Source of the DNA: Planctomycetaceae bacterium
GTDB lineage: Bacteria; Planctomycetota; Phycisphaerae; Phycisphaerales; SM1A02
Direction of reading: 5' to 3'
NCBI GenBank assembly: GCA_002683215.1
Contig: NYSY01000137.1
Location: 2,300 to 66,299, forward strand
DNA length: 64,000 nt
Part shown: positions 52,233-60,064 of the stretch, piece after piece
How the letters are laid out: every line of letters begins with the position of its first letter
Numbering within the stretch: position 1 is the stretch's first letter
The notes under the pieces: generated by a model
Seen by the model: only the letters and a program-made list of their open reading frames with translations
Told to the model about the DNA's origin: nothing
The model's database searches: none
Made by a program: the position numbers and the translations under genes

Positions 52233-52654
52233 GCGACGCCTCCGGCCCGCTTGAGCCGTTCGAGGACGATCCGCTCGCGCATCCACCGGCGGTGCTCGCG
52301 TCCGCCTTCGGGCGGAGCGAACTCGACGCGGTGCGTCTGATTCTCGACGAAGAAGGGATTCCCGCCGTCGTCGAACGACGCCACGACGTCGATCCGCCGG
52401 ACTGGGTGCTGCTGGTGGCCGACGCCGCGGGAGAGGACGCGCGACGCACGCTCGAGAACCGGGCTGCCGTCGCCTCCCACATCGACTGGGACGAGCTGGA
52501 CGTCGGGGCACCGCCCGAAGAGGTTCGAAACGTGCTTGCGGGTGCGGATCGGATCCGGCGGTTCAACGTCGTGGTCCGCGTCGCGGGCACCGTGGTCGGA
52601 CTGCTGATGCTGGCGCTCGCCCTCGTGGCGGTGATCGCGACCGTGATAACCTGA
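52229..52654 (+). CDS. DUF2007-like small protein with C-terminal TM anchor
   Basis: 141 aa, ATGA overlap with the upstream stop. ELDAVRLILDEEGIPAVVE is DUF2007-like. Tail VAGTVVGLLMLALALVAVIATVIT. Confidence 0.6.
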   Translation: MSDASGPLEPFEDDPLAHPPAVLASAFGRSELDAVRLILDEEGIPAVVERRHDVDPPDWVLLVADAAGEDARRTLENRAAVASHIDWDELDVGAPPEEVRNVLAGADRIRRFNVVVRVAGTVVGLLMLALALVAVIATVIT

Positions 52655-52721
52655 GAAAAGGCGTGCCCGGTCTTCGAGATCGTGAACCGCCGCCGAGCGT
52701 TCTGCGAAGAGGAACCCTGTC

Positions 52722-53237
52722 ATGCGAACCCCCGACTCCACCCGCGTCATCTCACCGTTTCCCGTGATCATCCTGTCGGCCTGCGTCATGCTGCTCGGCG
52801 GCTGCGGGAGCTACGTGCTCAAGGGCCGCGCGGTGATCGGCGCGTACAACACCATCGAACTCGTCGACAAGGACGATCCCCGGCTCGCCGACCGCGGCAC
52901 GCCGGGGGTCCGGGTCGAGGCGATTCGCGATCCGCAGTCCCTCGGTCGCAAGATCGTCGCCAGTGCGAGCAGCGGCGGCGACGGAACGATTCGTCTCGCG
53001 ATCAGCGACTTCGGCGCCGGGTTCCTCGAGGAGCAATGGGAATTGAAGGCGGCGATGGGCGGGGCGAACTACACCGCGAACCTCTTCGACCTTCCATTCG
53101 ATTCCGACTCGGTCCGGCTGCTCGTCGTGGTGCAGCCGGGAAGCGGCACGCCCGGTGGGTCGCTGCAGATGGAGGCGGAGCGCGAGCTCGGGAACTTCGA
53201 CATCAGGCTTCCCAAGGATTCGGCGATCTACCGCTGA
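52722..53237 (+). CDS. Lipoprotein, beta-rich, unknown function
   Basis: 171 aa. Lipobox VMLLGGCGS. Confidence 0.6.
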   Translation: MRTPDSTRVISPFPVIILSACVMLLGGCGSYVLKGRAVIGAYNTIELVDKDDPRLADRGTPGVRVEAIRDPQSLGRKIVASASSGGDGTIRLAISDFGAGFLEEQWELKAAMGGANYTANLFDLPFDSDSVRLLVVVQPGSGTPGGSLQMEAERELGNFDIRLPKDSAIYR

Positions 53238-53277
53238 GCACCCGTCGCGTCGTGATTCGATCGGAGGGCCTGCACGC

Positions 53278-54474
53278 ATGCGGTATCGATACCACCTCAA
53301 CCTCGCGGGCGGTCTCTATCTCGGCGTCACGCTGCTCGTGGGATTCGCGTCGACGGTGCGTCCGAACAACCTGCTGGTCTGGATCTTCGGTTTCCTCCTG
53401 TCGCTGGTCGTGATCAGCGGTCTGACCAGCGGGGGCGCGTTGTTCCGGCTCACCATGCGCCGGCTGGATCCGTTGAACGGGCGGGTCGATCGACCACTGG
53501 TGGTCCGCTATTCGGTCCGGAGCGGAAGCCGGTACCTGCCCCTGTTCGACGTGCGCATCACGGAGTCCCGGCGAGGTGCGGATCGATCCGACGGCTGGTG
53601 GACGCACGCCGACCCCGCGTCGGCGTGGGTGATGCATGCCGGGCCCGGGGAGGTCGTCCACGGCGAAGCCGTCTTCGTGCCCCGGCGTCGCGGCCGCATG
53701 CGCTTCGACGCGTTCGAAGCGAGATCGAGCTTTCCCTTCGGTCTGGTCGGGAAGTCGGTCACGGTGCGGCAGGAGATGGAGACCCTGGTGTTTCCCCGGA
53801 CGTTCCCGATCCGCGAGAATGAGATCGATCGATTGCTCGGTGGTGGTGTCGGTGGTGGTCGGGCCGGATCGGGGCTCGGTTCCGCGGGCGAATACGCGGG
53901 GCTCCGCGAGTATCGCCCGGGGGACAGCATCCGCTCCGTGGCCTGGAAGCGATCCCGTGCCGGCGAGAACCCGGTGGTGATCCAGCGGGCGATTCCCGCG
54001 CCGCCGAGGCTCATCGTCCTGCTCGATCTGCGCAGGCCGACCGACCGGCTCCGATTCGAGGCGGGGGTCGATTCGAGGGAGCGGGAGGAGGCCGCGATCA
54101 CCTTCGCGGCGTCGCTCGCGGAATCGTCCATCCGACACGGCGTGGAGGTGGGTCTGCGGATCGCCGGCATCGATCTCCCGGAGATTCCGATCCGCGGCGG
54201 ACGCCGTCACCTCGATCGGATGCTCGCCCATCTCGCGTCGATCGATCTGGACGTGACGCGGAGCGATCGGTCGATCGCGGTTCCCGCCTCGAACGTCGCG
54301 GCGATGGTCGCGATCCACGTGGACCGCGTGGACGTGGCCATCGGCCACGAACGGTGCTGGCATCTCCTTCCCTCGAATCTCGAGGACCTGATGGAGCGAA
54401 GCCCCGGGGCGACCGGGGTGGTCGCCGATCCGGATCAGGTTGATCCATCGACGGGATCGGAGGCCGCCGCATGA
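53278..54474 (+). CDS. DUF58-family protein (vWA-like, two N-terminal TM helices)
   Basis: Start moved to MRYRYHLNLAGGLYLGVTLLVGF. The hallmark EYAGLREYRPGDSIRSVAWKRSRAG is present. Confidence 0.85.
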   Translation: MRYRYHLNLAGGLYLGVTLLVGFASTVRPNNLLVWIFGFLLSLVVISGLTSGGALFRLTMRRLDPLNGRVDRPLVVRYSVRSGSRYLPLFDVRITESRRGADRSDGWWTHADPASAWVMHAGPGEVVHGEAVFVPRRRGRMRFDAFEARSSFPFGLVGKSVTVRQEMETLVFPRTFPIRENEIDRLLGGGVGGGRAGSGLGSAGEYAGLREYRPGDSIRSVAWKRSRAGENPVVIQRAIPAPPRLIVLLDLRRPTDRLRFEAGVDSREREEAAITFAASLAESSIRHGVEVGLRIAGIDLPEIPIRGGRRHLDRMLAHLASIDLDVTRSDRSIAVPASNVAAMVAIHVDRVDVAIGHERCWHLLPSNLEDLMERSPGATGVVADPDQVDPSTGSEAAA

Positions 54475-56723
54475 CGCCGCTCGCCCGCTACCACCGTCAT
54501 CTCCGCATCCAGGTCCTGCTGGGCGTCGCCGCGTTCACGGTGGCGTTGCAGCAGTTCGAACTCCTGTTCGTGCTCGGCGCGGCCGCGGTCGCCAGCGGCT
54601 ACATCAGCGACGGCCCGCGCGGCCGACACTTTCCGCCCTGGTTGATCAACGTGCTGGCGATCGGGGTGTTCGGTTGGTCGGTCCTTGCGTTCTTCGAGAA
54701 TCCCGATCCGAGCACCACGATGGCGATCGTCGGTCGTCTTTCCTGCTGTCTCGCCGTGCTGCGTCTCTTCGGCCGTCGAGGAGCGCGGGAGGATCGGCAG
54801 GCGGTGGTGATGTCGGTGGTCGCGGTGGTGGCCGCCTGCCTCTATTCCTTCCAGCTGCTGCTCGGCGCGATCGTGGTGATCTTCGCGATCGAGACCGTGC
54901 ACGTGGTGATGTTGAACCGGCTCCGCGCGGGTCTCGACCATGCTCGTCACGAACGACGTGATCTCGTGGCGGACGTCGCGGTTCCGCCGGTCGAGCCCGC
55001 GTTCGGGCGGGCGCCGTTGACGCAGTTCCGATTGCTCGTCGGGGCCTGCGTGATCGTGGCGGCCGCCCTGGCCACCGGCGTGTTCCTGATCTTCCCCCGG
55101 CCGAGCGACGCCGGACTGGTGGCGTTGGGGACGCGGACCGGATTCTCACCCACCGTCGATCTGACGCGGAGCGATCAGATCGAGCAGAGCAACCGCGAGG
55201 TGCTGACCGTCCAGTGGTCCGACCCGCAGGGCGTTCCGATTGAGTGGCCGCAGCCGCTTCGGCTTCGTGGGGCGGTGCTCGACCGTTGGAACGCGTCCAA
55301 TCGCCGCTGGATCGCGTCGGAGACCCGGCGTTTCCGCCGAACCGTGACCACCAGCGGCGATCCGGACGACTTCATGCCGCTCGGCGTCGAGCCGGTCGAT
55401 CGAAGTCTTTACACCCAGACCGTCACCATGCGATCCCTCGCGACCTCCCGGGTGTTCGCCCGCTGGGCGCCGGTCGCGATCTCCTGCGACCAGGCCCGGA
55501 CCTTCACGCTCGATCCCGCGAACCTCGAGATCGAGGACAACCTCGGTGGCGGGTTGGATCGCTTCGCGACCTATCGACTCAAGGTCGCGCCGAATCCGGC
55601 ACCGGAGACGATCGCGTCCATCGCGGGTGACGCGATCCCACCGGTCCGCCCACCGCGTTTCGATGTTCCGGGGGTGCGGGAGGAGGCGCTTCGAATCCTC
55701 GCGGAGCGCGCCCCGGAGCTGCTCGAACCCGCCCCGGCCGGCGACGACGAGGCGAAGTGGCGGCGAAATCGACGCATCGCGGAGGTGTTCACGGACCACC
55801 TTCGCGGCGAGGATTTTCGATACGCCCTCGACCTCCGCCGTTTCGTACAGCGCCGTGGCGTGGATCCGATCTACGCGTTTCTGACCGAGTATCGGTTCGG
55901 TCACTGCGAGTTCTTCGCGTCCGGACTCGCGGGGCTCTGCCAGTCGATCGGCATCGAGTGCCGGGTCGTGACGGGATTCGTCGCGGTGGAGTTCGACGAC
56001 CGACTGGCCCGTTACATCGTGCGGGAGTCCAATGCGCACGCCTGGGTCGAGGTGCGGACCGGTCGCTGGTCCTGGCGTGAATTCGACCCGACCAACACCC
56101 GGGTCCTCGAGGAAATGCAGGCGTCGCGTCGAAGCTGGGCCGACGACTGGCGTTGGATCTACGACCGTGCGGACTTTCTCTGGACGAGCCGTTTCGTCAC
56201 CTTCGACGGTACCAGCCAGGCCACCCTCGCGGATCGGCTCGGTGGTCTGGTGGGCGGCGGAGGCCGTGGCCTCGTCGAACGAATCAGCGAGGTGGCGAGA
56301 CAGGTCAACCGATACTTCCAGCTGGGGCCCGCGGGTTACATCTGGATCGGGATCGTGGTCTTCGCGATCGGACTCGCGGTCGTGGCGTCGGTACGTTGGA
56401 TTCGTCGCCGCCGGCTCGTGCGAAGACTTCTGCACGCATCGCCGGAATTCCCGAATCGCCGACTGCGAGAAGCCGAGTTCTATCTCACGCTGCTGGAGGC
56501 CTTCTCCGCCGCGGGATGCCCGAAGCCGGCATGGGCGCCGCCGCGAGCGCACCTCGACGCGGTCTCCTCGGCTCGTCCGGACGTCGCGGCCGCGGCGGCA
56601 CCCCTGGTCGATCTCTTCTACGCGGTGCGCTACGGCGGTCGCCGTCTCGAGTCGGGCGAACGTCGATCGGTGGAAGCGGAAGCGGATCGCATCCGACGGA
56701 TCGCGGAAGGACCTTCCACATGA
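54471..56723 (+). CDS. Transglutaminase-like membrane protein (TgpA-type: polytopic N-terminus, TGase core, TM, DUF4129-like tail)
   Basis: 750 aa, ATGA overlap with DUF58. Catalytic triad context GHCEFFAS (Cys), NAHAWVEV (His), EFDPTN (Asp). Confidence 0.85.
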   Translation: MTPLARYHRHLRIQVLLGVAAFTVALQQFELLFVLGAAAVASGYISDGPRGRHFPPWLINVLAIGVFGWSVLAFFENPDPSTTMAIVGRLSCCLAVLRLFGRRGAREDRQAVVMSVVAVVAACLYSFQLLLGAIVVIFAIETVHVVMLNRLRAGLDHARHERRDLVADVAVPPVEPAFGRAPLTQFRLLVGACVIVAAALATGVFLIFPRPSDAGLVALGTRTGFSPTVDLTRSDQIEQSNREVLTVQWSDPQGVPIEWPQPLRLRGAVLDRWNASNRRWIASETRRFRRTVTTSGDPDDFMPLGVEPVDRSLYTQTVTMRSLATSRVFARWAPVAISCDQARTFTLDPANLEIEDNLGGGLDRFATYRLKVAPNPAPETIASIAGDAIPPVRPPRFDVPGVREEALRILAERAPELLEPAPAGDDEAKWRRNRRIAEVFTDHLRGEDFRYALDLRRFVQRRGVDPIYAFLTEYRFGHCEFFASGLAGLCQSIGIECRVVTGFVAVEFDDRLARYIVRESNAHAWVEVRTGRWSWREFDPTNTRVLEEMQASRRSWADDWRWIYDRADFLWTSRFVTFDGTSQATLADRLGGLVGGGGRGLVERISEVARQVNRYFQLGPAGYIWIGIVVFAIGLAVVASVRWIRRRRLVRRLLHASPEFPNRRLREAEFYLTLLEAFSAAGCPKPAWAPPRAHLDAVSSARPDVAAAAAPLVDLFYAVRYGGRRLESGERRSVEAEADRIRRIAEGPST

Positions 56724-57451
56724 GCGGCCATGCGGATCACGACCAGCGCCCTCACGACGAGGACGAGACGCTGGCGCAGGTGGAAGGGGTCGCCGCCCGT
56801 CTGATCGCGGGACCGGGGCGGGTGCTCGACCTCGGCTGTGGTACCGGTCGGGTCGGCGGGATGCTCGCCGCGGCGGGTCACGACGTGACCGGAGTCGACC
56901 GCGAGTCGGGCCATCGAGACGAGTTCCTCGAGGCGACCGGAGGCCGTGGCCGGTTCGATCATCTCGATTTCACCGAGGCGGCCGGCCTTGCGGGACTGCC
57001 GTCCGGTCCGTTCGACGCGATCCTCCTGCTGGGAAACACCCTGACCACCGTTCGCTCGCCGGCGGTGCTCCGCGAACTGTTCCTGGCCATCGCGATCCGG
57101 CTCGATCCGGAGGGCGTGTTCGTCTACGACGACTTCCCGTTCACGGGATGGTCCGAGCTGACCGCGGGGAACTGGGGCGACGGCATCAGCGAAGACGGCT
57201 CGATGCAGATGCTCTGGATTCCGGGCGAACCGGAATTCGTGATGCGAACCGGTCCGGAGGTCGCCGATCGAGATCTCGAACCACGCCCGGGGGAGCGGGT
57301 GCTCCGGCTCTGGTCGATGTCCGAATTGAACGATGCGGCGGCCGGCGCCGGCCTCGGCCGTGGTGGTCATGATTCCACCGCATCCCTGGTACTCCACGTG
57401 CACCGGGATGAGAACCCCGGTATCGGACTGGAACCCGGGTCCGAAGCCTGA
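56720..57451 (+). CDS. Class I SAM-dependent methyltransferase
   Basis: 243 aa, ATGA overlap with the transglutaminase stop. Motif I VLDLGCGTGR, followed by the acidic-loop residue at VTGVD. Confidence 0.8.
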   Translation: MSGHADHDQRPHDEDETLAQVEGVAARLIAGPGRVLDLGCGTGRVGGMLAAAGHDVTGVDRESGHRDEFLEATGGRGRFDHLDFTEAAGLAGLPSGPFDAILLLGNTLTTVRSPAVLRELFLAIAIRLDPEGVFVYDDFPFTGWSELTAGNWGDGISEDGSMQMLWIPGEPEFVMRTGPEVADRDLEPRPGERVLRLWSMSELNDAAAGAGLGRGGHDSTASLVLHVHRDENPGIGLEPGSEA

Positions 57452-57672
57452 TTTCGATGCGTTCCTGACGCTCGTTCGGATCATGCGGATCGGGAGTGCT
57501 AACCTTCCGATGCGGATCTCGATCCCGCTGGCCCTCGTATCGGTTTCTGGACGATGAAAAGGTCGGCGGAACTCCATCGGAATCCGTTCCGACCGGAAGG
57601 ATCGTCCGTTCCGGGAAGACCCCGTCGCGGGGCATCTGATTCAAGAACAACACGTGAAAGCGAGCGTCCGGC

Positions 57673-58566
57673 GTGCCGGCATCACGAAGCAGAACGCATG
57701 ATTGGCGAAAGCTCCTGCAGCAGATCTACGAGCGTGGCGGCGCGATCGAATTCGCGATCGCGCACCCCGATCGCGGCGAGACCGATCCATCGATCCACGC
57801 GACCGGGCCCGATCTCGTCTGGCGGGTCAAGGTCCAGAAACTGAGCGAAACGGAGATCGGGGTCGAGTTCCCGGTGACGCTCGGTCGTGAAGTCAGGATC
57901 GACGTCGGGACCGAACTCGTCGCCGCGATCGCCATCGGACAGAATCGCTGGACCTTTCGAACGCACAACATGGGTGAAGACGCGGGCCGGCCTGGAAATC
58001 CTCCCGGGCTCCGACTGAAAATGCCCACCGAGGTCAGCCGCTCGAAGCGTCGGCGGGTTCGAGTGGACACGCAGGCGGTCACGCTGCCCAGCGTCGAGAT
58101 CTGGCCGTTGATGGATCCCAAGTCCGTGATTCCCGGCGAGCGTGCGACTGAACTGGCCTTCGAGTCATGGCGCAGGGGCGATCCGGTCGACGGAGACGAA
58201 CTCCTTTCCGACGCCGTCATGCCGCTGATCGGTCCGAAGTTCACCGCCGATCTCGCCAACCTCGGCGGAGGGGGCGTCGGACTCGTGGTGGATCACGAGA
58301 ACGCCGCCGCGGTCGGACGTCATCGGATCTTCTGGCTTCGACTTTCGCTGAAGCCCGACATTCCGGTACCGCTCTGTGCTTCGGGCAAGGTCGTGCACAC
58401 CCACATCGACTCTTCGCAGCGAACCTACGTCGGCATCGCGTTCGACTTCAGCTTCAACCCGGCGCACGAATCGCAGGTCGCCGAGCTGATTCTCGAGTAC
58501 ATCGATCGGCAGCAGGAACTCCAGCGGCAGGCTCGGGACCAGCGCGATGCCGGTCGGATCGGCTGA
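57673..58566 (+). CDS. YcgR-like PilZ-domain (c-di-GMP-binding) protein
   Basis: 297 aa (GTG start, uncertain). RxxxR motif KRRRVRVD and a D/NxSxxG-type motif NLGGGGVGL about 75 residues later. The N-terminal half resembles PilZN. Confidence 0.7.
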   Translation: MPASRSRTHDWRKLLQQIYERGGAIEFAIAHPDRGETDPSIHATGPDLVWRVKVQKLSETEIGVEFPVTLGREVRIDVGTELVAAIAIGQNRWTFRTHNMGEDAGRPGNPPGLRLKMPTEVSRSKRRRVRVDTQAVTLPSVEIWPLMDPKSVIPGERATELAFESWRRGDPVDGDELLSDAVMPLIGPKFTADLANLGGGGVGLVVDHENAAAVGRHRIFWLRLSLKPDIPVPLCASGKVVHTHIDSSQRTYVGIAFDFSFNPAHESQVAELILEYIDRQQELQRQARDQRDAGRIG

Positions 58567-58587
58567 ATCGGGTCGCAATCGGTCCGA

Positions 58588-59934
58588 TCAGTGGTTCGTG
58601 GAGCCGGTGGATGCGTTTTCGATCGCGCGACGGAAGACCTCGGTCTTGTCCAGGCTTTCTCGATATTCCGCTTCGGGGTCCGATTCCGCGACGATGCCGC
58701 ATCCTGCGAAGTAATCGAGACGACCGTCGAGTTCGCCGCATCCGTCCAGCGGCGTTCCGGTGGCGGTGATCGTCCGAATGGCGACGTTGAGCGTGGCGTA
58801 ACCGGAATCGTCGATCCAGCCGACGGCACCGCAGTAGGGCCCCCTTCGCACGGGCTCGAGTTCGTCGATGATCCGCATCGCCTGGACCTTCGGAGCGCCG
58901 GTCACCGACCCGGGCGGGAACGCCGCGAGCACGAGATCCGCGATGCCGAGTTCCGGCCGGAGGATGCCGGTGATCTCGGCCACGCCGTGATGCACCGTGG
59001 GATGCGACTCGATGGTCCGGGGCTGGCTCACCCGCACGGAACCGAGCCGGCAGACCCGTCCGAGATCGTTGCGCATCAGGTCCACGATCATGTGCAGCTC
59101 GGCGGCGTCCTTCTCGCTTCGTTCGAGTTCATCGACCGACCGAGAGGACGGTCGTGTGCCCTTGATGGGTCGCGTCCGCACCGCGACCCCGTCGGTGCCG
59201 GGAGTCGTTTCCAGAAAGAGCTCGGGACTCATCGAGACGATGGCGCGACCGGGCCCGCATTCGAGCATCGCGCCGTATCGCGGCGCCGCGGCCTCGAAGG
59301 CGAGGGCGGCGAGGCTGCGGACCGAGCCCCGAAAGCGGGTGCCGAACCGCTGGGCGAGGTTCACCTGGAAGCAGTCGCCAGCGTGCACGTGCTCGATCAC
59401 CCGGCCCACGTCGCGTCGGTACTCCACATCGGTGGGATCGGGGTGGAGCCCGTCGATGATCGGAGGCGGGAGAACCCGGGGCTCGAGATCGGGGACCAGG
59501 GCGGGATCGCCACGGACTTCGGTCCTGCCCCCGTGATGGAGCAGGCCCCCCTCGCATCGCAGCAGGATCGCGTCGGGCCATTGGCGATCGTCGAGCGGTG
59601 GTGCGGGGCTGGCGGCGGTCGGCTCGAGGTGCCGGAACAGGTCGTAGCCGAGCATCACGAAATGCCCTCGTCCGGTGGGGAGCCGTTCGGCGGCGGGATG
59701 GGGGCCCGACACCGGCCCCGCGAGTTCCCGGCGGAGGATCTCGATGGTCTCCGGACCCCGGAGTTGGCGTTCCGAGACCGGGGATGCGGCGAACGAAAAC
59801 CGTGCGAAGGGGCTGTCGCCATGCGATGCGAGCATCGCGAGCGGACGGTCCCGGGGCCACGCGGCGAGCAGGGCCCCGCTCGCGTCGGGGGCGCCTGGGA
59901 TCGGGGGCGACGGGATGGTGGACGCTCGTGTCAT
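58588..59934 (-). CDS. pabB: Chorismate-utilising enzyme, aminodeoxychorismate synthase component I-like
   Basis: 448 aa. RPIKGTRP, GSVTGAPKVQAMRIIDELE and RGPYCGAVGW motifs of the TrpE/PabB family. The short N-terminal half favours PabB over TrpE. Confidence 0.75.
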   Translation of the reverse strand: MTRASTIPSPPIPGAPDASGALLAAWPRDRPLAMLASHGDSPFARFSFAASPVSERQLRGPETIEILRRELAGPVSGPHPAAERLPTGRGHFVMLGYDLFRHLEPTAASPAPPLDDRQWPDAILLRCEGGLLHHGGRTEVRGDPALVPDLEPRVLPPPIIDGLHPDPTDVEYRRDVGRVIEHVHAGDCFQVNLAQRFGTRFRGSVRSLAALAFEAAAPRYGAMLECGPGRAIVSMSPELFLETTPGTDGVAVRTRPIKGTRPSSRSVDELERSEKDAAELHMIVDLMRNDLGRVCRLGSVRVSQPRTIESHPTVHHGVAEITGILRPELGIADLVLAAFPPGSVTGAPKVQAMRIIDELEPVRRGPYCGAVGWIDDSGYATLNVAIRTITATGTPLDGCGELDGRLDYFAGCGIVAESDPEAEYRESLDKTEVFRRAIENASTGSTNH

Positions 59935-60064
59935 GAATCGACCCTCAGGCTACCCGGTTCCCCCGTGACGGCTTCGTGTTTTTGACGTTGCGACTACACT
60001 TCTCGACTCAATTCCTTGCGGTCCGGCTCTGCGTCGGACCGCGCATCGATGGACCGAACCTCCG

